Origin: Lama guanicoe | Taxonomy: Eukaryota | DNA length: 64,000 bases | Assembly: GCA_013239625.1 (NCBI GenBank) | Contig: MU053482.1 | Location: 3,185,922 to 3,249,921, forward strand | Reading direction: 5' to 3' | Shown: positions 41,401 through 52,930 of the stretch, one piece after another | Layout: the number at the start of each line of letters is the position of its first letter | How positions within the stretch are numbered: the stretch's first letter is position 1 | Translations under genes and position numbers: made by a program | Notes under the pieces: generated by a model | What the model was told of the DNA's origin: nothing | Seen by the model: only the letters and a program-made list of their open reading frames with translations | Databases searched by the model: none

Positions 41401-44324
41401 AGTTGTCTTTTTAGGAGTTACACCTTAAATTCATTTGCAGAGTCAAACTGGACAGAGCTGAAATTATTTCTATTTTCTCTCTATCTTGTCTAGGTACTGC
41501 TATTCTCCTACTCACCCAAAGTTGAATGAGTGAGATAACTTTTGGTCCTTTGGTGCATTCATATTCAATTAGTCATCCAACCAAACCCTGTCAATTAAAT
41601 ACATATTTCATTTTAACTCCTTTTACCATATGAGTATCAACGAGGCAGTTTGGAGACTTTAAAAGGACTTTACCAAAAAGAGAGAACCAAATATACATAG
41701 AGGCCAAGAAATTTAAAAACAATCTACAATATATGATAAACCACAGTCCTCTCCAACCTTTTTCACTTCCTGCAACATAGAAGATGTTATTTACACAGCA
41801 TATATGGTAAATCAAAGATTGTTCACATCCACGGTCTCAGTATCTCCACATCTCCACACATAGACGGCCCAGCCAAGTGGCATAAGGCATCACTTGGCAA
41901 GTTCCACACTCACCTACCGCAGCTTACCTGCTCTCAGCCTTCATAAATTCTAATCTATTCCAAACCCTCTGGTCATCCAAGGCCCTAGAACAACTCTGAA
42001 GGCCCTTCATACGATTCCTCACTTCCCAGCAACCTTTGTGCCAGGATGTGGGGAGTGCTATCTACTGTTCTTTCTCTTGGGAGGCAGAAAGAAATAATAA
42101 CCAGTTCTGATCTATACCTTGGACCCTCCTATTTTATTTCTGTTTTAAATCTGGAAGAAGAGCCTCATCTAGCTGCTTGGTAACTGGCCATATGAGTGAC
42201 TTCAGTCAATTAGTGAGCTCTTACCTCTACAAACAAGAAGTAGCTACCTGAACCAAAGGACTAAGGTGATTTGAGATTATAAAATATATCAATACTGGTA
42301 TTTGAAACCTGCCACAGATATTAATATGTAGTTAACTTCTCATGATCTGATGTTCTTATAATATTTTCATACTCTTGCAGCACCGTAGCTAACACCTCTA
42401 AAATGACTGCCAAAGCAGTAGCAATAGCTCATGACTCCACTAGGAATAGCTGGCACTAGTTTCCAGTCTCTAATATGATCCACTGAAAAGCTAGCCAAAA
42501 ACAATGTCCAAAGACTTGCTCGAGTTGGTATTTCTTTTTGAAAAGCAAAGGCAACTTAATTATAATTTTAATGTACACTTACATAGTATAACATTTAGCC
42601 CTACATGGATCTGATCTCCATCTTAATAACTTTCAACTTTATCTGTCTGAAATCACACTCTTAGTATAATGTAATTACATAGGGTAGTAATATTCAACAT
42701 TCTGCACCGCATATGTTCTAGAAAATCCAATTTTTATTAGGTAAAGAGTAGTATGTTTGTAATTTAATGACACATCCAAACATTTTGGAACCTCCAAGTT
42801 TTGAAAAAATGAATATGTACATATTTTAATACAAATTTAGCAAACAGGCATTTGAGAAGGAAAAAAAACATAGTATTTTCAAATACAGTAACCACAACTG
42901 GAGTATTAACCTGAATAGGTCAGGTTAATACTCTTATGAATTTGTGGAATAGAACAAGACACTTGAAGATGATGCGTATAAGACTATGAAGGTGACTACA
43001 TACACAAGCAAGTTTATCATCACTATATAAATGCTACTAGGCAGAATATAAGGTCATGGACCACATCTGTCTTATTTACCATTATATGCTCAGCATCCAA
43101 CACATTGTCCAGCACCTAACAGGCACTAAGAAAATACTTAAGGATGAATCACTGGAAGTTACATGACCACTTGGGAAGAGTATTGTATACAAACTAATTT
43201 AATCATCAAAAGGGAGGTTGGAATTTGGCCAGGAAACCTTTCCAACCCCTAAGAATACATGACATTTTTATCATTACCCAAAGATGATTTTAAATGAGAG
43301 TCACACTCTATTATTATAGGAAGGACCTTTACAGAGATCTACCAATAACTAAAGGCTGCATCATAATTAACCAGTCTACACAAATCTTTGTCAAGCAGGA
43401 GAAAACAAAACAAGAGTGAAAGAGAATCACTAAACATTACTGATCTTAAAGGACAAATTATTTATATTTTTCTATATTTAGAAACTAGATAATTAATCTA
43501 AAAAATGATCAAGTCCATGGATTGTATTAAAAGAATAAATCTTTAAATGCTATATTATGTATGCTAACAAATAAATAGGGGGGGAAAGTCCCTGGTATCA
43601 AAAATACATAAAACCATGTTTTCTTTAGAAGCCTAAATTTGGAAAGTCTTGTATCAGTGAAGCAATTGCCCAGTTACAGAACTAACATAGAAATACACAA
43701 GATTTTTATACTTGACTATAACTTGCTTTAATGATAAACTGCAAATACGTGGCTCTACATCTCTCTATTCTTTCTTTGTTCTTGTATGGAATACAAATAT
43801 TTTTTAAAATATTGACTCATATACAAATATGTTGCACATTAAATGTGTAACCTATCTGACTACATAAAATTATAATCACTATCATGTACAACTCATCTGT
43901 CTGAATAATTCTTGGCCATTTAAGCCAAGAAACTAGTATCTATCACTACTTCATATAAAAGATATTTTATTTAATAACTTGGTAAGGTTAAAAGTATATA
44001 GTTACAATTTGCTTGCTAATATCAAAAATATGCAAAATTCTAATTTAACCTAGCTCATCTGCTTTCATTAGACTACTTGGCAAGCAGCAACAAGTAACTG
44101 GTTGCCTTGGTTATTTACAAACTAATGTGCCACATTATTCCTGCCAATACTTTAGTATTTTTAATAGTACTTATCACTACTCACATAGTATATAATTTAC
44201 TTATTCATTATAGTTAGTGCCAGTCTCTCTTCCACTAAGACACCAGGAATTTACCTGGTTCACTTCCATATTGTCAACACCCATCTTAGTGACTGACACA
44301 CAGTAAGTGTTCAATAAATATCTG

Positions 44325-44448
44325 GGGGTGTTTTGGGGAGGGGGAGGCAATTAGATTTTTTTTTTTTAGAGGAGGTACCAGGGATTGAATCCAGGACCTC
44401 ATGCATGCTGAGCATGTACTCTACCACCTGAGCTATATCTTCCCCTCT
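44325..44448 (-). mobile_element. tRNA-derived SINE (Vic-1-like) with TSD, inserted in an L2 tail
   Basis: A and B boxes on the minus strand (TAGCTCAGGTGGTAGAG; GGATTCAATCCC). 3' extension CTAATTGCCTCCCC. Perfect 12-bp TSD aataaatatctg at 44313-44324 and 44449-44460. Confidence 0.9.
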
Positions 44449-44621
44449 AATAAATATCTGTTAAATGAATGAATTGGTATTAAATCATAGCTAAGTTGTG
44501 AAAATGACTGTAAATTTGAAAGCAAAATTCTGGACAAATGAGCAAAATACAAAAAAAGTTGTGTTTTTCATAAATGCTCATAAGCTATAATAATTTTTAA
44601 TAATCTTTATTTTAAAAGTCT

Positions 44622-45298
44622 CCAGATATGATCCAGCAATTACACTCCTGGATAAATATTTAAAGAAAACAAAAACATTAATTCAAAAAGACACATGGAC
44701 TCCATGTTCACAGCAGCATTATTTACAAATGCCAAGATATAAAAGCAACCTAAGTGTCCATCAACAGATGAATGGATAAAAAAGATGTCATACAAACAAA
44801 CACACACACACACACACACACAATGGAATACTACCTCTGCCATTAAAAAAGAATAAAATTTTGCCTTCTGAAACAACATGGATGGGCTTGGAGGGTATTA
44901 TGCTTAGTGAAATAAGTCAGATAGAGAAAGACAAATACTGTATAATATCACTTATATGTGGAATCTAAAAAATAAAACTAGTAAATATAACAAAAAAGAA
45001 ACAATCACAGATATAGTGTACAAACTAGTGATTACCAGTGGGGAGAGGGAAAGGGGGAGGGGTATGATGGGGCAGGGGATTAAAAGGTACAAATTACCAT
45101 GTATAAAATAAATAAGCTCCAAGGATATACTGTTCAGCATAAAGAATAGGGCTAATACTTTTTTAAAACTATATATGGAGTATAATCTTTGAAATTGTGA
45201 ATCACTACACTGTAAACCTGAAACTTATATAATATTGTATGTCAACTATACCTCAATTTTAATTTTTTTATTTAAAAAATTTTAATAAAAATAAAAAT
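44622..45298 (+). mobile_element. 5'-truncated L1 3' end
   Basis: atatgatccagcaattacactcctgg..atgttcacagcagcattattt..tgtggaatctaaaaa..caactatacctcaat, then an A-rich tail. Confidence 0.9.
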
Positions 45299-48200
45299 CA
45301 CGAGAGATCTATATCTAAGTTATAGTTTCTGGACTCCACTCTTAACCCCTTTCCTTGTTTAGGAAACAATTCTTCACTTTTAGTAACAGTAGAATCGTAT
45401 CATTCTACTTAAAAGCTGTCACTGTCACCAAAAGGCAACATGCTGTTCCGTGAGATAAAATTACAGACATTACCTAGGAAGAACAATATTAATATAAGTA
45501 TACAGTCACGTGAATTAAAATGCATCTTCTAGAAATTTTAAAGACACATTCAGTTTAAAAGATTTCTAGTTGATGGAATAAGTAGAAAATACTACTTATG
45601 AGCAGGGAGCCTTCCTGTGGCTCTTTTCAACTCAGAACATGTCTCTTCTTCCACTTCTCTGACCTGTCAGAAAGTAAAACATTTAAAGCCAGAATCCAAG
45701 GTTCTACTTCATTTTATCAGTACTCAGAAGTCTCAGGAAAGCAGTCACTGACTGGGGAAAGAGCCCAGTGAACCTCAAGGCAATGGAAACCACAATTAAT
45801 TATAAAATTGATAGTATTTCTCATGTAAGTTTTATAGCAGTTTAGTCCTAGTCCCAAAGTAAGTACAAAGTACTGAACTGGAGAAAAATACTGAAGATCT
45901 TACACCCTTCAGTCCTAAATGACTGAAATCTTCAGTCAGTTAGGAATTCTAGAGTAAAATCTAACTTTTTCATTATAACACTAAGGCTGCCTAAGTTTTT
46001 CTAAGTTCACCCATATTAAGCATATTTCTTGTAAATATGGTCTACTTTTGGAGGAAATAAAAGCTGCCAACTCCTTAATTATCAAAGATTTGTGTCATTA
46101 GACCCTTCTGATTTTAATGTTTTAAAGTTAACACTTTTCTATTCATGTCTTTCTAATGCCAGTTAAACCTTCCTAGTTAGAATAAGACTTGTTATTTATT
46201 TTTTAAGGAGCAGGAAAAAACCTTCCTTAAAAAATCAGCTTGCCCCATCTAACACAAGAAAGTATTTTATTTTAGTTTTAGAAAAGCTTTAGCAGAGAGT
46301 CAAAAGACCAGAGGGTTTTATTATCATCTCAGCCAACAGTAAGTAGCTATATGACTTAAGATTTTAATATCTAATTTTTAGCATGAATGGAGACAAATTT
46401 TAGCACTTAAAATAAATTTAACTTACCTAAAACTGTCACTTTTCTCTTTAGCTTTCCAAATCTTGAATTTATACAGATTTTCCCAATTTTTGAAATGATC
46501 TTAATTTCCACAGATAGTTCTTGACCTAACTTAAAGTATCTTTAAGCTAGCCAGAATTAGCTGTTTAAAGAAAGAAACTTTATGAAGGATTATCTTCATG
46601 ATTAAATTATGAAATATTGAAATTATTTAGCTTTGATTATAGTTAAGGAGCTGTCAGAAATCATTCTACCATCCTCCTTCATGGACACATTTCAGTGCAA
46701 TACTAAACTACTGCAAAACAGAAATACTTCTAATTAAGATACGTATATATATGTGTGTGTATGTGTGTATATAAATAATTTCAAGGCATTTCTTTAAAGT
46801 AAGGAAAGTCTATTTCCTTCCTGAAAGTAAGGAAAGATAAAATTTGCTGTAATAGACACAGCCACATAACTGACAGGTTTATAACTGATTAATAAACTTT
46901 CAGTTATCAAAGATTAAGAAACTTTTCTTCAATAAATATACATATTTGCACTTTATTAACTTAGAAACTCTCTCCCCCTAAAATTTTGTACATTGGTGAT
47001 ATCAGTGATTTTTTTTATAGACACATAAGTACCACTAGAGGCCACCAAATACTTCACTTTTTTAAAACTGACACATTTGTTAAGTTATAAGGAAACGACC
47101 ATTTCCATAGTGGGGAAAGTTTCACATGAATACTCGAAGCACAATACAAACTCAGGAAAAAAGATGTGAACATACTTCATACAGTAAGCATAATGTTGGG
47201 ATCATCAAAGAACTTGATTAGACCAGGAACTGGGGTGTGGAAGGATGGATAGTATCAACATATTCTTTATATACCAGTGAAAATAGATTATACAACCTAG
47301 AGAGTTGATGTTCTCTTTCTAAATGGCTGTTGCCTTTTAAAATCAAATTATATATCTATATATAGGTATATATACTGATACAGATAAATAAAATCCCAGA
47401 GTTCAGTATTCTTTCCTCCAAATCACAGTCTTTCACATATAATAATGTTTTTGTATCTGAAGTTGGCTACCATCTATAGCAATTAAAATTCTGATAAAGA
47501 AGTTCTATTGTAAAAGTCATTGCACAGATTTGAATATACCCAAAATTCTGGCTTGATGAAGAAAACCTGGCTCAGAAGAATAAATAACACCTGAGGAAAT
47601 TTTGCTGAGTTTCTAGGTGAAGTGCTGCTAGAATCACCTATGTCCCCTCATTTCTTCCAGTCTCCTCCTCCTCACTAAAGGCAAAGAGCAAAAAAACCAG
47701 AAAGCCCCAGTAGCATCCAGATCTAAGTGAGATCTATGAAACAAAAACAGGACTTCTTACTACCTGACTACCTTTTTTGAATGATAATATACTATTTTTC
47801 AAGGGTTTTCAAGTATTCCAAGGAAACTTTATTCATTCATGCTTTCAGTGTTCTATAAAATGTCTTTGCTTAACCAAAGGTTGCAAAGATGCTCTCCTAA
47901 GTTTTCCTTTAAAATCTTTATAGTTTTAGCTTTTACAGTCTATGATCTATTTCAATTTTTTTTCTGTATGGTGTGAGGCAGGGTCAAGGTTAATTTTTTT
48001 TTCCAATGGACATTCAACTGTTTCAGCCCCATTTGTTAAAAACTCTATTTTTTCCACAACTAAATTACCTTGGGAACTCTATTGAAAACACATTTACCAT
48101 GATGCATGGGTTTGCTTCTAGACTGTAGCATGGATCTACAAATCGATCCTTAAGACAACACCACACTGTCTTGAATATTAAGCTCTATAGCATGTCTTGA

Positions 48201-48322
48201 AATCACACAGTACAAGTCCTCCAACTTTGTTCTTTCTTCTCCAAATTGTTCTGGATATTTGCTATACAATGTGTCTTAGAGATTCATTCATGTCACTGAA
48301 TAAATCTCTATGTCATACTTTT

Positions 48323-49123
48323 CCAAAAATTTTTTACTAGTAGTAAAGTGTACATACATTTATCATCTTAACCATTTTTTAAATGTACAGTTCAGTAGTA
48401 TTAAGTACATTCACATTGTTCTGCAACCAATCTCCAGAACACTTCTTATCTTACGAATTGAAAATCTATACCCATTAAACAATTCCTCATTCTTCCCTCC
48501 CCACCCCCACCTATGGCAACCACCACTTTACTTTCTGTCTCTACAAAGTCAACTAATCTAGGTACTTCACATAAATTGTACAATATTTAACATTTTGTGA
48601 CTGGCTTATTTCACTTAGCATAATGTTCTCAAGGTTCATCCATGTTGTAGCATATATCGGAATCTCCTTCATTTCTAAGGCTGAATAATATTTCACTGTA
48701 TACATATACCATTTTTTTTATCCATTTATCTGTCAACAGATACTTGGGTTGATTTTAGCTATGGTGAATAATGCCACTATGAATGTGTATATAAAAATCC
48801 ACTTGAGTCCCTGCTTTCAATTCCTTTGTGTATATACCCAGAAGTGAAATTGCTGGACCATACAGTAATTCTGATCCCAATCTTTCTGAGGAGCTGCCAC
48901 ATCATTTTCCACAGCAGCTGCACCATTTTACATTCCCACCAACAGTGTACAAGGACTGTAATTTCTCTACATCCTTGCCAACGCTTGTTATTTTCTGTTT
49001 TTTTAATACTAGTCATCACAATATGTGTGAAGTGGTATCTCACTGTGGTTTTGAATTGCATTTCCCTAGGGATTACTGATGTCAGCATCTTTTCATGTGC
49101 CTATTAGCCATTTGCATATCTTT
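48323..49123 (-). mobile_element. L1MB-like 3' end with TSD, nested in older L1 fragments (47840-49260)
   Basis: ORF 48777-49088 REMQFKTTVRYHFT..HCWWECK. 14-bp TSD (1 mismatch): tatgtcatactttt 48309-48322 and tatctcatactttt 49124-49137. Confidence 0.88.
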
Positions 49124-49769
49124 TATCTCATACTTTTTAACAGTTGTGTTATATTCTGATGAATGACTGTGGCACCACAAATTCAGTCACCTACTGATGG
49201 ACATTTAGGTAGCTTCCAATTTTCTGCCATGAATAACTTTACACATGCATATATATAAGTAACCATACAAATCAGTTTCTTAAGGATAGTCCCAGTGTAT
49301 GCATGTCCTCCAATTCACTACCTTTCACTCTCAAAAGCATTCTGGTTTGAATAATATGTATTTATCCTAGTGTTAGTTCAGCTATAGGACAAATTGCTAC
49401 AAGTGAAATTAGGCAAGAACTACCTTTGGTTAAACCTTCCAGGCTATTTGTTACCAGGATCCACCCCACATTAGTAACCTAGCATTAGAAAGAAATACCA
49501 GAATATGGCTTTGCTCTGTCTGAGACATGTAGGCAATACACTTAGACCACAGGAGTTGCAAAAAAAGATAAGCAAAGGCATGACTAAGATTCACGTACAA
49601 AAGACTGACAGAATAGTGATACCACCACTTCCCAGAGAAAACAAAACACCAAATAAATGAAAACTGATTCTTACAGAAAGTCTGTAGTATAGGGACCACA
49701 AAAATAAAAACAAAACAAAACAAAAATTGGGAGAGAACTAACTGAAATTAAGAGAAAACTGGCATGATA

Positions 49770-50532
49770 AAGACTGCTGTATTTTCTCTGACACCAAATG
49801 TGTATTTTTGTTCCAACACCAACTAGGGATCCAAATATTCAATTCAATCATCATACTAACTTCCCAAAGTCAGCGTAGACCCCACATTCAAGGGGTCAGG
49901 GCACAGCCCCACAAGACTGTGCTCACTTCAGATGCCAGCTGCAAAAGGGATGCCCAAGTTATCCACATTTCTGCCTGCAGACTACAAATTTGAGGGGTTC
50001 ACACAGCTGCCCCAGTTAGGTTCAATAATTCAGTAGAGCAACTCACTAAACTCAGGAAGACCTTTACCTACATTTACCAGTTTACTATAAAGGATATAAC
50101 TCAAAAACAGCCAAATAAAAGAGATGTATAGGTCAAGGTATAAAGGGAGGGAATGGGGCAGAGCCTCCATGCCTTCTCCAAGCACACTACCTTCCCAATG
50201 TGTTCACCAGCTGGGAAGATCTCTGTACCCCTTCATTTAGGGGCTTTATGGAAGTTACATTAGGTAGGCATGATTGATTCGCTCATTGGCTATTGGTGAC
50301 TGAATTCAATCTCCAGCCCCTCTCCCCTCCCCAGTAGGGCTGAAATTTTCAACCCTCTAATCACATGGTTCAGTCCTCTAGCACACCAGTCCCCTTCCTG
50401 AAGGTATCTGGGGTTCCTTAAACTCATAAACCATCCCATTAGCATACAAAAGACAGTAAATTCCAAAAGTTTCAGGAACTCTGTGCCAGGAACAGAGATA
50501 AAGAATAAATGTTTATTTTTTATTTTACCACA
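49770..50532 (-). mobile_element. MER21-like solo LTR
   Basis: ctgacaccaaatgtg..cacaagactgtgctcacttcagatgccag..ggaactctgtgccaggaac..ttttaccaca. Confidence 0.78.
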
Positions 50533-50616
50533 AAGATTGAATTAGTAATGTCAGAAAATAAAGTGGTCAAGGAGAATTAAGGTAAGCGAAACAATCATTG
50601 AATTCAGCAAGAACAC

Positions 50617-51510
50617 TGTGGCAGAGGAAAGGTAGTTGTTCATTAAATGCTTCACTTCTCTCCTAGGCACATATCTAGGCTTTATTTGCCAAACTCTCAT
50701 TACAATTAACTGTGGATATAGATAATTGTGGTTATCTATTCTGATGAATAGAACAGGATACAAGTGATATATACAGTATCCAAGGCCAACCTCATAAAAC
50801 CAACCTTTACTATCTTCCATGCTTTCTTCTTTTTTTTTAATTCAGAAAGCTCAACATATTTATTGAGAATCTATTATATATTAAGTACTGTTCTAAAAAG
50901 CACAGGTGATATTATAAGAGTATCAACAAAAGAGTTACTGAAAAAATCACAATGGGATTGAAATTAGAAATGAATGTGGCAATAATTGGATGACAGGCAA
51001 AATAAAACTGCAAATCATAACTGAGTTAACATGTGCATTATTTGTTGTCTTCAGCAACATCAATTTCACTCTGCCTGCAGACATGTTATTTTTTTTCATG
51101 GGTTAATATTTTTATTTTTATTTATTTAAAATTTTTTTAATTTTATTTTATTGAGTTATAGTCAGTTTACAATGTTGTGTCAATTTCCAGTGTAGAACAC
51201 AATTTTTCAGTTATACATGAACATACATATTTTCATTGCCACATACTTTTTCACCATTTTTGAAGTAGGGTTCCTTCTGGATATATGCCCAGGATTGTTC
51301 CATGCTTTCTTTTAAAACTCTACTAACTGAATGTTGATGCCCAACATGATCCTGAGAACCACACTTTGAAGTGGCAAATCACTGTCCCATCTACCCCACT
51401 GCCATTAATTAGACTTTATGCAAGTGAAAAAGAAAAAAAGCTTCTTTCATTCTAGCTACTTAGGCTTCAAGATTTATCTATTATAACACCTAGTATTAAC
51501 TTAATGAATT
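50617..51510. mobile_element. MLT1-like LTR split by a younger L1 insertion (50831-51297)
   Basis: tgtggcagaggaaagg..ttccatgctttct resumes after the duplicated target as ..catgatcctgagaaccacactttgaagtggc..tattataacacctag. Confidence 0.6.
50831..51297 (-). mobile_element. Young L1 fragment carrying a ~270-bp 3' transduction
   Basis: TSD ttccatgctttctt at 50815-50828 and 51298-51311 encloses L1 sequence (51297-51150), an A-rich tail (~51150-51107), non-L1 DNA, AATAAA (50864-50859) and a second poly(A) (50838-50830). Confidence 0.85.
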
Positions 51511-52892
51511 CAGAAAATATTAATAAACTTCAAATTTGCAATTTCAGAATGGAAAGGACATAAACTATAGTTCAGAATAAATGCCTGAGATGTGAGTAAA
51601 ATGGATGTAAGAGGTAAGAGTAGATGGCAAGGAATTGTAACATTATAAAATATTAATAGACAATCACCTGATAATAACCCTGTAGGAAAAGCAGTATTAT
51701 CAGAAAGGTAAATTAACTTTGCTCAAGGTTGTAAAGTTTCAGATCCCATATTCTTCCCACTGTACCACACTAGTCCCTTACAGAAATGGAGACAGCAAAT
51801 GAAGAAGAATTTGAAACATTTTATAATGAAGAATTTGGAGAATAGGTAAAGAGATAAAGTCAGGAAAACATTTTTTAAGCTAATACGTGGGATCAATAGA
51901 AACTGAAGAACAGAAGAGAGACCTGGAATTTTAGAAGTATAGAATAAACCACAGCAGTGATCCGACAGACAATTACACAAGAGATAAATAGCAGTATTCC
52001 ATGTGGTAGCAGGGCCAGGCTGTTTGCAAACAACATGTATTTGTAGATTAGGCTTGTGTACTGTAGTTCTGGATCTTCCTCAGGAAGTTCTCTATGGCAT
52101 CAAAGCATCAGATACAGCAGAATGCCAGCATGGCAAGAAAATCCTGTCTAAGGTGGTTCTAAGAGCAGACCATAGAGACTGGGTAGATGAAAGATTATCC
52201 AGCATAATGGCTATCAATGCATTTGTACATTAGCAGAATTGAAAGTAACTGAAAGCCTAGTACAGTGTAACAAATAACTTTAGTGAGCACCGAAGAATGT
52301 GAGAAGAGTAACACTAAGACTGATGATCCTCTACCTCAGAGATGTTGAGAGAATTCACTACCTCAGATGCACCCTCTAGATTCCATCAGGTTCCTATCTG
52401 CCATGCAGTTTTACTGCTTCAAAGAGACAAATGTCTCTTTGGGAGTTGGAAACAAAAACGTGAGCTCCAACCACCACTTTCCAGCTTAAACTTCATTTAT
52501 ATCCCACTCACTTTGTGAACATAATGTTAAAAGTCCTTTTTTGTAGTCCTCAGTATGTTTCAAAATGCCATGTCTTCATATTTCATAGCAGTGTTCTTAT
52601 GTTTTCAGTCTCAACTCTATGCAAAATCAAGAGGTTTTCCACACATTCTTTACACCATCTTTAAAACTGAACTCATTATCAAGCACCCTATCTCAGCACA
52701 GAGGCTTTAGATGCTACCTAGTATCTTTTGTAAGGTATCTTTTATAACTATGTATTTTTTAGCTGTCTTCTTATATTTCTCAAATCTCTCTGGCTGGGAA
52801 AGTATCCTGCCTATCTTTCTTCTAAATAATTACTTACACAGCTAGTTTTTTATACTCACATACAGGACCTACATTTTCACCTATTATATTTA

Positions 52893-52895
<3 letters not shown>

Positions 52896-52926
<31 letters not shown>
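52896..52926. repeat. (TA)n microsatellite
   Basis: About 15 perfect AT units. Confidence 0.95.

Positions 52927-52930
<4 letters not shown>

Noticed and set aside
45890..45938. Two small hairpins (actgaag..cttcagt; gactgaa..ttcagtc)
   Set aside because: 7-bp stems are expected by chance in 64 kb.
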